Below the pieces are notes generated by a model. The model saw only the letters and a program-made list of their open reading frames with translations. It ran no database searches and had not been told where the DNA came from. Source: Podarcis cretensis (lineage: Eukaryota). From it: a stretch of DNA of 64,000 bases. Every line of letters begins with the position of its first letter. The first letter of the stretch is position 1. The translations under genes and the position numbers were made by a program. Positions 37,030 to 49,500 of this stretch are shown here, piece after piece. The stretch is from NCBI GenBank assembly GCA_951804945.1, contig OX638157.1, positions 50,530,001 to 50,594,000 on the forward strand. The letters run 5' to 3'.

Positions 37030-38830
37030 TCCGCCACCGAGGCTTCTCCGTTCTTGCCCACGACCCGTTTGCACGAGTATCAGTCATCCCTTCCCCTTCC
37101 CACCTCCTTCTCTCCCTCTCCTTGCCATTCCACAGGCTCCTTTGGAACAGGTTCCTCTTTCCCCTTGACTCCGTTGACACCTGCTGGCCTCGGCTCCGAA
37201 GCCCCGCCCCCTTCCTCATTGCCATTCTCCAAGCGGCGCTCCTTCACGCCAAAAGACAGAGCGAGCCCGCTCCGCGGTCACGTGCCCCCTCCCCGTCCGC
37301 TCCTGGCGAGGGTTTATGTGCCCCATTCACGAGCGTTACGCGCCAAGCCGAGGAGTGAAACAGTGGTGTACCTTTAAGGCACGTGAGGGAGCGAGGAGCG
37401 CGAGAGAACCCCTGCCGGCACGGCACTAAAACCCCTCCATTAACAATTGCAAACTCGCCTCCTCCGCGACTAAAGGGCGTTCTGGTGGGAGCGCTCCTCC
37501 TGAGGAGGTTAATGAGGGAAGCGGCAAAGACCAGCGGCAGCCTGGAGCTTGCCGGCTAGGAGGAGGAGGAGGAGGAGGAGCAGGGAAAAGAGAAGCTGCA
37601 ACCAGCAGCCTTGGGAGGCTGTGGCAGACCGTAGAAGCCGCTCGCTCCACGCCGGTTCCATCCGCAGACTGCGCGCGTGTCTCGCCTTGTCCGCTCAGCC
37701 CTCGGGTGCTGCGAGAGCGGCTGCCCTCCCCTCACAGGCACCTGGAAGGAGCTGCTGCTGCTGCTGCCTGCTGCCTAAGCCACGCTGCTCGTCCTCTGCC
37801 TGCGGCCGAGCCCTTTCGCTCCTTAGCCGCCACCACAGTCGCTTCCTTTTTACCCCTCGGTTTCCCACCTTGCCCTCCCCGCCCTGGGGAAGGGCAGCTG
37901 ACGCCGGCCACCGAAGCTGCGGGCGAGCACGGAGCAAGCTGGCGGGACTGACTGAGGTGGGCGGGAGAGCCGCGGCAGGAACTGAGGGCGCGCGAGAGAA
38001 AGAACTGTCTGTGTGAGAGGAAAATCTAATCTTGGCGCCAAGAAGCAAGCCTGAGGAGAGCCGCGTCTTTGGGGAGGGGGGCGCGCTCGCGCAAAGCCAT
38101 AGGATCGGACGGCGACGCTGGCCAGGCTTTACTACTGCTGCTGCTGCTGCTGCTGCTCTTCGGCGTGACTGACGCGGCGAAGTTCGACGCAAACGTGTTG
38201 CTCGCCGTCGCCGGCAGCCTCCACCTGCCAGCCCCTGTGGTTGTGGCTCCCGCCGCGCTGCCTTGCTGGAGCCCCGGCTGGCGCCATTCCGCGAAGGTGG
38301 GCGTCACTTTGCCTGCCCTGAGGACCGAGGACACCCAGGTACGCTCCTCTTTCGGGCTTCGCCTGTTGTGGAAGGGCGCGCGGGACGACGGAGCTGGTGT
38401 TGTCTTTCCTCCCGCCCCCCTCCTCCCTTCCTCCTCCCCTCCCGGTTGTGTGTCAAACTTTGCCTTACACATGGCGGTGACAGCTCCCCCCCCCTTTCCC
38501 TCTTCCTCCTCCTTCCCCCTCCCCGCCCCGCTTTCCCAGATGGGTGCGAGTGCCCGAGGTGAGGGCGTTGGGGCTCGAGGAGGAGCCAAGACCCTCCCCC
38601 GTTATAGGAGCCGCTCGAGCCCGCGATTATATAGACGCCTCGTTTCAATAACGGGGCTTCGAGGCGTCAGGTTTTCCTCGTCGCTTATTTTGCTCCGTAG
38701 AAAGAGTTGAGCTGGGTAGGTAAGCAAGTTTTGAAGCTGCAGGAGGAGAGGCCAAGTTTGTCCTTGCTGGCTGCCTCTCGATCCCGGGAGGCGAGGCGAT
38801 TTTGTACCTTAACTTTCACCGCCCTCGCCT
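37030..38830. promoter_or_regulatory. large CpG island, probable bidirectional promoter and non-coding first exon(s)
   Basis: ~1.8 kb of high GC/CpG in AT-rich flanks; GC box 37202-37210, CACGTG at 37279 and 37380, (GGA)n 37558-37579, (CTG)7 38135-38155; + strand donors CAG|GTACGC 38339 and TAG|GTAAGC 38720; - strand donor AAG|GTACAC 37371. Confidence 0.85.
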
Positions 38831-41192
38831 CCCAATCCCTCAGCTGCCTGACAGACACCTCAGCAGTCAAGTGATGAAAATCCTGCAGTTTTAAGTAAAA
38901 GGCTCCTTTTTCCAGGTTTGCATGGATCCAGGATTTGAAAGAAAATGCCGTTAGGTAAACACACTTTCGCTTTGAATGCATCGTATTAAAAACCTGTAAC
39001 GGTTTCTGAAGGTTTGTTTTGATGCGCCTCGCGTAAAAAAAAACTTGCCAATAGACATGTGTTATTTTTAAAAGATCATTTCGCTTGTTTTGGGTTATAG
39101 TAAAAGACTGCGTGTCTTGCGCCTCTATAGTGCTCTCTATGCAGATTATGCTAACTGAAATCTCTGCTTCCCTGAGACTGTTTTTACACAATATGTCAAG
39201 TCCTTTTTTCTTTAATTTTAAAATGCTAGGTAAATATTTAGTAATAAGTTGGACACAAGGTATCCAAAGATTGCTGAAGCCACCTGCTGAATTGTTTTAT
39301 TCCCGCCCCCCTCCTCAGTGCTGGGAGTTAGTTGTTAGCGTTGTACAGACATCCAGCAGATGGAGCAATGGAAAACTGGTACAGTTTCTGCATTATAATA
39401 AACGACCGCTCTCTAATCATAGCTAAATAAAAGGTTATATTGCATACTTTCCCCAAAAGGGGGGGGGGGGACTTGCCTGCTGCTAAAGTTCGTGATTGAT
39501 GGATCTTTTTATTTTCCTTTTTAAAAGGTGTTTATAATAAATTGCTGGTAGCATGTAGTTCATAGTTCTGCTTTTTCTGCCTTAGGTGTATTTCTTTGGT
39601 ATTAATGGCTCCCATTTGTGGGTGTGTGGGTTGTTTTTGCAATGCACAGTGAAAGACTAAATGGTTTGTAGTTAGGAAGGTAGCTCTTTGTGAGTACATG
39701 GCTGTAACTGTTGAAGCTACAAAGGCTGTCTACAATTTAGACAGGTATAATTGGAAAATGTATCAGTTTGCTGCAGATAGTCCCAAGTAATTATACTCAT
39801 TAAATGGTTAATTCAGTATTGCAATGGAAGTTGTCCTGATTGCGAATGAGCAATGACAGAAGTGTTGGTTGCTATGCTACAGCAGTGCGAACTTTTAAAA
39901 ATAAAATTTTACTAAAGACATGAAAATGTTTATGGTTGGGAATGAGTTTTGGTGGTTCTGTTGCTCAGATAAAGATGGCATTCAGCAGGTTATACCTGTT
40001 ACAATTTGGCATCTGTAATATTCACTGTGGCTGCAAGTCCAGAGACCCATTTTGGCAGTTCCTCACCACCAAACATCTTCTATGACTACAAGTTAAAGCT
40101 TAATTTTATAATTGGTCTGCACTTGAATATAGACTACAATCTAATGTAGCCAGTTCGAAAACTGTAGCTGTTTTAAAGCATGATCAAGGTGAAGTTTAGT
40201 GCCTGTGTATACTATTGATTTTAATCATGTGCTTTAATTTTCCATTGATTTTCATTGGACAGTAGAATGTACAACTTTGGCTGCATTATGCTCTTTGATA
40301 GCCATATTGATAATTTCCTATAAACGAGTGCTTATTGTGCCTCTTAGTTGGGCATTAACTATTAGGGAGGAATGTGGGTTAATTTTTGTTACTTGATGAG
40401 TATATGTAGTAGAAGGGGCAATGCAGAAGAAACCCATTTTGTTGTTAAATTTTCTATTTGCCTTCTAAAACTTTATTTGTCACCCTTTTGTGTTAATATA
40501 CATGCTGTATTCACTTATCCAAAAGTGAAGTGGGATATTCAAAAACAAAGTTTTAAAGGTGTTTGCAAAACATAACCCTACACTACATTGAGGACTGCTG
40601 GAGGGAATAATGCATTATTAAAATAGATTCTTTTTCAGGCTTGATGTGTATTGTCTTATAACCTTAAAGCAAATGCCTTTTTTAAAAAAAGTTTTTTTGG
40701 GGAGGTATTTGGGGTCTGGTTTTATAGATGTAACTATGTTCAAGCATTCAGAAGATTCTGTCCTCACTGATGTTAGCACCTCTTGATCATCTTAGATGCA
40801 GCTACTTCAGCAGGGTGTCTGCTTATCTGTTGGTCTTTAAGATTGGTCTACTTTTTGTTGCAGTAAGATTGTGGTTCAAGAGCTGATCTAGAAAGCTGTT
40901 TTAAAACAATTTAAGTATATTCTGTCTCATTGCAATCTAAGTCAGCTTCATTCAAAGTAATTACCTATTTGGGTCAAGTTGATAATTAAGTCAAGAGTTC
41001 TTAAGAAAAAGCAAAGCCTCTACCATCTGGTTAAAGTAGATGTTCCAGGTACATATTTATTTCTGTTCCTTTATTGAAATACTTCCCCTTGGGTTTATCC
41101 TCAACTACCACCATGCCTTTCCATGTACACTGGAAGCTGCAGCTGTTGTGGCACCTATAGGTGCTTGTTGTTGCTCATACTTTCTTCTAGGT

Positions 41193-41329
41193 CAGGAATG
41201 TGAAACCTATAGACTTCCAGATATTGCTGGACTCCAACTCGCACCAGGCCCAGTCAGCATGGTTAATGGTTAGAGTTGACAGCAGTTGTAGTCCAGCAAA
41301 TATCTTTAAGGGCACAGATTTTCCATCCT
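41193..41329. mobile_element. old hAT-type palindromic MITE
   Basis: AGATATTGCTGGACTCCAACT / AGTTGTAGTCCAGCAAATATCT arms. Confidence 0.65.
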
Positions 41330-42097
41330 AAGTGCTGTATGCAGAGAGATGGTCAAAAGGAAGCTAATGGGTTGCATATTCTTGTGGGTGATTTCATTGG
41401 CTTGTGTTGGCTTCTCTTAGTTTTCAAAATGCAATGCATTCAGAGGTGTATTTCTGTTTTTGGACTAAACATAATTGGATCCATGTATTGGTTGTCTAGA
41501 ATCCGGCACAAGTATTGGCTACCATGCCAGAGATGGTTGTGAGAAGCATCAAACCTAGTATTGTAAAAAGGCATTGCTTGGAGAGGTCATATGTAGCTCT
41601 GAACTTTATTCTGGAGAAACTGCATTCCTTTAATTATAGCAAATGGAGTAAAAGTTGGCATTGCTAGGTAAGTCAAGAAGTAATTAACAATGGTGCCTTT
41701 CAATTTGATCAGTATATATTCTAAAATAATACATATACTTTTTAAACTCCAAAATCTCAATCTTCATATCTTTAATGGTAGTTCTGTTTCATTCTTCATG
41801 TTAGATGTTTGCTTTGACCACACAGCAAACCTATAATAGCATAAGCAATATTTTTATTAGAATATAGGACAATCTGACATAATGTAACTTGGATTTTGAC
41901 AGTGGGTGATTTGCTGTTCATTATTACATAAATGGAATTGCCTGTGCTAAGATGAAAATGGAAAATACACATGTTATTATCCAGCATGTTGACTACTTAC
42001 TGCCTTCTCTTGAATACAAGGGAACTATAGCTACAAATGTTTCAGTTTTTTTAATGGTCGCTGTATGCATTACGAGAACTATTGTTTTTATTTGAAG

Positions 42098-42127
42098 ATG
42101 ATAGCCCACATAATCCTGAAGCTCCTG
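42098..42127 (+). other. candidate 30-nt micro-exon of the + strand transcript
   Basis: TTGTTTTTATTTGAAG| ... CTG|GTGAGT. Confidence 0.35.
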
Positions 42128-42707
42128 GTGAGTAAATCACAGCACCTAATTTTCCTACTATAAGCTAAAGATTATATTTAATGTGTTGGTCTGAGTGATT
42201 ACGGCAGTGTACATTTTAAATCAATTGATATTAAAGCCTAGTTGAATCTAGATTATTCTCGATTAAAAGGCTAGAGGACTATGCTCTGTTACAAACCTCG
42301 GTTGCCTTACTCTAGAGATGCTTGTGAACAACATACTTCTGCTTAACTGATATGGAGCAAATATTGTCATAGTTTCTGATAAAGGTCCAGAAGAAGGTAG
42401 TGGGGGAGGGGGCTGCATTGGAAATAAGAGTCACTGAATTTGACAGGGCTTACTTCTGGGTAGACATGTGAAGTATAGTAACACACTGCAACAGAAGCAT
42501 TGCTGATCATAGGGTTAGTTACAGTGCTCCAAAAATTTACACCAAGGAATAACATGTCCTTCTTGAGGTGTTTCACCCATGCTCTTAGAGATGCACATGT
42601 AGAATGTGAGGAATAATTGCTCACTCCTGCTTTGCTTTGGCTTCATGCACCACCCAACTCTTAGTTGAAAAAATAACATTCCTTCTCATGTGCAGTTTTT
42701 GTAAGTA

Positions 42708-42922
42708 CAGTCATGCCTTGGGTTACAGATACTTCAGGTTGCATTATTTTCGGGTTACGGACCTGCTGAAACCTGGAAGTACCGGAACGGGTTACTTCCG
42801 GGTTCTGGGGGTTGCACATGCACTGAAGCGCCAAATCGCAACCTGCGCATGCGCAGACGCGCCACTGGGGGTTGCGAACGTGCATCCCGCACAGATCACG
42901 TTCGCAACCCGAGCATCCACTG
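42708..42922 (-). mobile_element. Tigger/pogo-type MITE, family B-like
   Basis: TA|CAGTCATGCCT ... GAGCATCCACTG|TA. Confidence 0.82.
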
Positions 42923-43801
42923 TAGTTGAGCATAGAGACCAGACAGAGCCAATGACTTGGAGATTTCCTAAAAATAATCTGACTGCATGTCATATGATAA
43001 TATGCCTTCACTGTGCAAATCTCTAGGAAGTCTAATTTGCGGGGGAGCAAAAGTGGAGATATTTCACACTAACACTGTCTCAATGGTTCTCTGAGTCCTA
43101 CAGTGGGAGCTAAAGGGAAGCTGGAGGCAAAGAAAAAACCTGACAGAGATTTAACATCCTGAAGTAACTAGAATTCAGGTGGGCAGAGCACTCCAGCAGC
43201 AAAGGTAGGTCTAAGGGTGAATGTGTGAGCTTGAACTATACTCAAAATAAACTGGAGATCTGCCACTTTAACCTGGTCAGACTCTTTCTATCCAGGTAAA
43301 TGATAGAGAAGGAACATTATTTAAGTACCATTGTTCATGATTGATTGCATTCTTTTTTTATCAAGGCAACTGAATATTGCCCACTATAAATAGCCCAATA
43401 TGCACCAATTTTGTACGGCATGCTAAGGACAAATATTGTTGCCCGACATGTAAATCCAAATTCTGTGCCAAAAATTATGCTGAAAATGTTGCATTATTAA
43501 AACCTTCTACAATTCTTCTTCTTTATGCGTACTTTGAGCAATGTTTAGCTTTTTAAAAGTAGCCTTAATGTAAATCATACAATTTATGACACTAAACTAA
43601 AACATTGCACTTTGACTTGAACACAATTAAAATGGAGATTGCAGGCAATTGAGATTTCACTTAGAATAAATTATGCAGACAAGAACAGTATGCATATGTG
43701 TTCTAGTTTTGCATACTTTATATCAAGTTGGTGTTATGGTTTGCAAGACAGAAAATCAATGGAGACTTTTAGGGAGGGACACATAGGTACAGGGCATAGA
43801 G

Positions 43802-44153
43802 CAAGGATGGGGAACCTCAACCCTCTCTAGCTGGCCCTCCACAGATCACACACCCTCCTGAGTCGCACCTCCTCACCAGCCTGCTTTGCACCTTTCTTGA
43901 GTATTTTTGCCTGGCTTGAATAAATCCCTCAACTCTGGTTATACTTCTTGCTTGTCTGGATGGAGATTAGAGAGGGATGTGATACTGTGAAGAACTAGTC
44001 TGCTGTACAAAGCTAAGATTCATTCCTCATTCTGCTCACTTTTCCTTCAGATCATGCCCACTTTTTGTTCTGGACCCACCCATCATGTGGTCCATGGAAA
44101 GTTGGGAAGAATGGAATGTAGTCCTTGGGCTGGAAAAGACCCCAAAACCCCTG
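43802..44153. mobile_element. old hAT-type MITE
   Basis: CAAGGATGGGGAACC ... ACCCCTG ends. Confidence 0.55.
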
Positions 44154-44271
44154 ACAGAGAAGCTTTCTACGGCTTTCTTTATTCATTGCACTGACCTTGA
44201 AACAACACAGGAAATTATTTTGAATTCTTTAACAGGGGGAATAGTTTTGAATTCAAGGAGTAATGTAAAAA

Positions 44272-44318
44272 AAGGTAAAGGACCCCTGGATGGTTAAGTC
44301 CAGTCAAAGGCGACTGGG
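44272..44318 (-). mobile_element. 5'-truncated Sauria SINE (3' end only)
   Basis: AAGGTAAAGGACCCCTGGATGGTTAAGTCCAGTCAAAGGCGAC matches the 3' end of the 3167 copy. Confidence 0.8.
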
Positions 44319-44740
44319 GGAGTACTTAGCTACTCAAGGAGTAGCTAAAGACATTGTACAGGTTGCTCATGAACTAGCTTTTTCAATTTATCTCTTCAGT
44401 TTATTCTTTTTCTGCTGTAATTTTTATATAAAAATAGTATGTGTGTGCTATCTAAAGACAGCTGGGTTTGAACTCTTACAATCTAGAACTCTTGAGGATG
44501 GATTCTAATGGTTTTTAAATGTTTCAGTGTTAATTAAGAGATAATGTGAATAGAATAGTCTGTTATGACAGGATAATGATTTCTTACAGAATGTAAATTA
44601 TGCAGCTTAATTTTTTTTTAAGAAATAGAAGTGCTGTAAATGCAAACCAAAATATTAGCAGTTGCTTCGGTTCCCATTATTTTCTTAGTGCATTGATTCA
44701 CAAACTATGGTGCATTAGGATTTTTCTTGCATTTTCAAAT

Positions 44741-45250
44741 GATAAGAATATAAGAAGTGTCCTGCTGGATCAGGCCAAAGACTCATTTAGTTCAGCACTT
44801 CTGTTATCACAGTGTCCAACCAAATACCCATGGAAAGCCTACAAGCAGCAAGCAATACAGTAATCTCTGCATCTGTGATTCAAAGTGGAGGTAGAACATA
44901 GTCATCACAACTAGTAGTCACAGATAGCGTTATCATCCAAGTTGGTAGCCGACGCCACATCTAGTGGGAGTGAACTCTGTTGTTTAACTGTGTGCTGTGT
45001 AAAGTATATTTCAACGTTTAGCTTCATTCCCTAAGTTCTAATATTATGATGGAGGGAGACAACCATTTTTCTATCCATATGCTCCACACCATACATAATT
45101 CTACAGAACTCTGTTATGTCCACTCTTACTTGCCTTTTCTCTAAACTAAGAAGCCCCCATTGTTCTAACCTTGCCTCACAGGGAAGTTACTCAATTGTCT
45201 TGATAATCTGGCTGCCTTTTCTGAGTCTTTTCCAAATCTATAATATCCTT
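44741..45250 (-). mobile_element. CR1 LINE 3' fragment
   Basis: ATAAGAATATAAGAAG tail; reverse-complement similarity to 31860-32452. Confidence 0.8.
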
Positions 45251-46199
45251 ATTAGTGGCTGGTAGTTCAACTGCATTAACACTGCTGTACTGTACATGAA
45301 TGGTAAGACTGCACTGCCTATGTGGGGGCCAGTGCAGCCTTACCATTCATGTACAGTACAGCAACTACCACACCTATCACTCTGCTATTTTGCTGTGGGG
45401 TGGCAGCTGGAGTAGGAGGAGATGACAGAGGGGGAAGAAAGAGCTGTGAGTGGAGCCCCACCCCCCTTCAATTGTTTGGATGCCCTGGGAAACTCAACAA
45501 GCCTACTTTGCATGGAACTGGGTGTGCAGAGTGTAGCTGAATGAGACACAGCTGTGGGGCAGCCTAAGGAAGTACCCTCCACCTTGGGCCTGCTCATAAA
45601 AAGCAAGTCTAGAATGAGAGACTAGGGTGCTGTTTGCTGTTTCCAGGAACTCTTCTTGCTGTGAGACTTTTGGGGATGAGCTGAGAGTTTGTTGGACCCT
45701 GAATGAGAATCAAGAGACTGAGATGGGAGGGTGTGTCAGAATGAAATTGAATTGAGATATATGTGTGTGTGTGTGTAACTTTGTATTATTGTAACATGAT
45801 TATATATAACTGTGTATTTTTTGTACTTTTGTTTTTGTTATCTGTTGTTGCTTCAGTTTTCTCTACACTACTTAGAGATATTTTTAAATTAAGAAGTAAG
45901 AAATGGTGTGACAATCATATTTCCTCCCATTGACAACATTTGCAAGGAATTAACTACTCTAGCCTTGCTAGAACACCTATCTCACGGAACACCTATGTCA
46001 GGGAACCTTTCTATTGCTGTATGAGGGTGTGTGTGTCTGTTTTCCAGTGGTACAAGTATCATCTCTTCCCACACGAGCAGAGCAATGCTTAAACTGCTCC
46101 CTTAAACTGCTTCAGCTGTCTTTCTGCTGCTGATCACCATTTTAGATTATTTTGATGGTTGTTGGTTTTAACATTTTAAGAGCCACATTGATGTGTGCC

Positions 46200-46240
46200 T
46201 GTTTGTTTGTTTGTTTGTTTGTTTGTTTGTTTGTTTGTTT
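46200..46240. repeat. (GTTT)n microsatellite
   Basis: direct reading. Confidence 0.96.
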
Positions 46241-47906
46241 TCAAACTCTGCTATATAAATGGAAAAAGTGATTGCTTCATTAAGCTTCTTAGATATATTG
46301 GTAAAAAACCAAAATCTATCTCAGCCTTTATTCCTCTCAAAACAGACTGAGAGTTTATGTAAGTCCTGTCAGCACAACAATTCTCCAAATGCAGTTAAAG
46401 AGATGCACAAGTTGGCCTTACTTAAGATTAAGTGCATTCTCCCCAAACCACAGGGGACCATGGCTCTCCTTAATTCACAACCATCTTTTACATTAAAAAT
46501 GTAAACATTAGAAATATTTATTTGCTTACCTAGCACATCAGTTCATGGTGCTTTACATGGATGTCCTTACCTCGAAGAGCTTACAATCTAAAATATTAGG
46601 CTCCTCATGCATCAATATAGTATTGACATCTTTTCCCCCCCTGATGGGGATCCTTGGAGTATTACCAGGTGCAGTGCGTAAGAGGCAGAAGTTAACAGAT
46701 GCTGTTTTTCCCACCATGGACATATATTGATGGGGGAATAAAAGTCCTTTTCCAACTTCTGCCTGTCATGCAGTTGTTAAAGGCACAGGGAGCCCTGTCA
46801 GGGGGAAAAAAGATGGCAGCCCTGTATATCTCTTTACAAAAGAAAATCCTGTCACGTTGTACAAAGAGTGCTTGTATGCTGTTGGTTATGAATGGGTAGA
46901 AAGGAGGGATGAATCAAATATGAATTTCCCTGAAGGCACATACGATCATTAATAATGTCTGTGTGTGTCTATAGGGCTGACAAACATGCCCAGCTGTACT
47001 TGATAGTTCTTGCATCCAGTCCTCTCACAATAGGGACCATCATATGCACAGCCATTTCTATGACAGTTTATTCTGTTTTACAGTAGAAAATAATGGCAAA
47101 ACTGGAGCTAAAAAAAAAAATCATTCTTCTAGGTCTAACACAGTGTAACTTAGTTAACTTGACTATAAATATTTTGTACAAGGAAAGCAAGAGGGGCACT
47201 ATTAAGATTCCAAAATGAAACTTGATCACAGAAATGCCTTGTAATTCTTAATATATCAAAAGCCTTATAGCAGAAAGATGTCCCAAGCTGCCTTGCTGCA
47301 TACATTAATAAATTTTGTGACTGCCATTATCGTATTCTGTGAGAAGCAAATGTGGGATGTTCATTTACCTGTAGGTTATGTCATCTAATAATTTTGTTAA
47401 CAGGCTGCCAATATGTGATTGGACATCTAGATTTGTACTAGTATAGATAGCTTTATTGTAACTAAGACTGTCTTACAGGGTACTATGCAGAATCTTTCAG
47501 AAAGCCTTTCTCCCACAACCCCATGGCTACAAAATACCTTTTTACAGTGTCACAGTATTCATGTACTTTCATCAAATTAGCCTACTCTGTGTGAGAGAGC
47601 AGCAATCTAAACTGGCTTAGTACAACATGTTTAGAATATTATGTTTACCAATGTATCCATATCCATATCTAACTTCAAATCCTCTCTTACTGTTTCTATA
47701 ATCAAAGCAAAAGTAACCTGAAACATGTCCTCATAAAGCAATATGAATAAGTAAGTGATTAGCTAAAAATGACTAACTGCTAGGATTTTACTTTCCCCTC
47801 TGACAGAAGTTTTCTGCAGCTGCGTGTTTCTCTAGTCCTTAGAAAATGAGAGGAATGAAATTTTGGGTGCTGGTAGTGTTTTGTAGTATTCTCAAGTCAT
47901 TGTCAA

Positions 47907-48287
47907 GGGACGCGGGTGGCGCTGTGGGTAAAAGCCTCAGCGCCTAGGGCTTGCCAATCGAAAGGTCGGCGGTTCGAATCCCTGCGGCGGGGTGCATCCC
48001 CGTTGTTCAGTCCCAGCGCTGCCCAGTCCCAGCGCTGCCAACCTAGCAGTTCGAAAGCACCCCCGGGTGCAAGTAGATAAATAGGGACCGCTTTATAGCG
48101 GGAAGGTAAACGGCGTTTCCGTGTGTTGCGCTGGCTCGCCAGATGCAGCTTTGTCACGCTGGCCACGTGACCCGGAAGTGTCTCCGGACAGCGCTGGCCC
48201 CCGGCCTCTTGAGTGAGATGGGCGCACAACCCTAGAGTCTGTCAAGACTGGCCCGTACGGGCAGGGGTACCTTTACCTTTACCTTTA
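47907..48287 (+). mobile_element. young Sauria (Squam1) SINE, same subfamily as 24019
   Basis: GGGACGCGGGTGGCGCTGTGG head, (CCTTTA)n tail, TSD CAAGTCATTGT (47893-47903, 48288-48298); internal 16-bp tandem duplication CAGTCCCAGCGCTGCC. Confidence 0.96.
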
Positions 48288-48339
48288 CAAGTCATTGTAA
48301 GCACACTACCAGCAAAGCAGCATCCCCTAAAACAAAACA

Positions 48340-48790
48340 ATGGGAGACTTTGTCAAAAGCCTTACTGAAATCAAGATACACTATGTCCACAGCATTCCCC
48401 TGATCCATCAAACTAGTAATTCTATTTTTAAAAAAGACATCAGATTCATCTGGCATGACCTGTTTTTGAGAAACCCATGATGAGTCTTCGTAATCACAGC
48501 ATCCACTTCTAAGTACTCACAAACTGTTAAATTATCTGTTCTAGAACCTTTCCTAGTATCAGTGTCAAGCTGACCAGTTGGTAGATACCTGGGTCTTCTC
48601 CCCACCCCCCACCCCAATTTTTGAACATTTGCCCACCTCCAGTCTGCAGGGACCTCCAAGAATTCTCAAAGATTATAGACAGAGGTTCTGAGATTACATC
48701 CTCAAGTTCCTTTACTACCAGGGGTCCTCAAACCTTTTCAGCAGGGGGCCGGTCCACTATCCCTCAGACCTTGTGGGGGTGGTGGACACA

Positions 48791-48829
<39 letters not shown>

Positions 48830-49500
48830 AACGGCAGTGGAGGGACGATGAGTGGTGCATGAAAGGGCTCCAGAGAGAGGCTGCTTTAAATGGTGTCCAC
48901 TCGAAAGGGGTGCTCAGCCAATCACGGCTTCTGTGTCTTGTCAGCAGCAGGGGCTGGTGGCGGGACGATGAGCAGCATGCAAAAGGGCTCTGGAGAGAGC
49001 TGCTTTAAATGGTGGCCGCTCGAGAGGGGTGCTCAGCCAACTGCAGCTCCTGTGTCTTGTGAACGGCAGGGGCTGGTGGTGGTGGGACGATGAGCGGATC
49101 ACAAAAGGGCAGCAACAAAGCCCAGTCCCCTTCCTCCTCTAGGCAGGGCAGGGAGAAGCCAGGAGGATGGAGGGAAGGAGGAGGCGCTGCCGCCGCCACT
49201 GTCATCATGTGAAGGAGAGGGAAAGAATATGTGTGCTGGAGATCCATGCGGTGATTCCCAGACCGTCCGTGGGCTGGATTTAGAAGGCAATTTGGCCTGA
49301 TCCAGCCCGTGGCCCTTAGTTTGCTAACCCATGCTTTAGTACCCTTGGGTGCAGCTCATCAGGCCCTGGAAATTTGGATTCATTTGTAGTAGCTAGGTGT
49401 TCCCTTACTACCTATTTTCCTATCTTGCATCATATGCAGCTCCCTTCTTGCATCATTTATTCTGTTATCACCAGGTTGGGCACTGCTTTCCTTCTGGAAA
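48340..49500 (-). mobile_element. CR1 LINE reverse-transcriptase fragment, split by a hAT insertion
   Basis: EVPADWR.ANV, HGFLKNRSCQ.NL.SF (ORF 48408-48659), AVDIVYLDFSKAFDKV; resumes after 49334 with PGPDELHPRVLK. Confidence 0.92.
48719..49333. mobile_element. non-autonomous hAT element with internal ~120-bp tandem units
   Basis: ends CAGGGGTCCTCAAAC / GTTTGCTAACCCATG; duplicated flank CTTTACTAC / CTTTAGTAC; cleanly interrupts CR1. Confidence 0.85.

Noticed and set aside
37426-38710. Many long ORFs (107-213 aa) in the CpG island
   Set aside because: Stop-codon scarcity in GC-rich DNA; low-complexity translations, mostly non-ATG starts, no recognisable protein.
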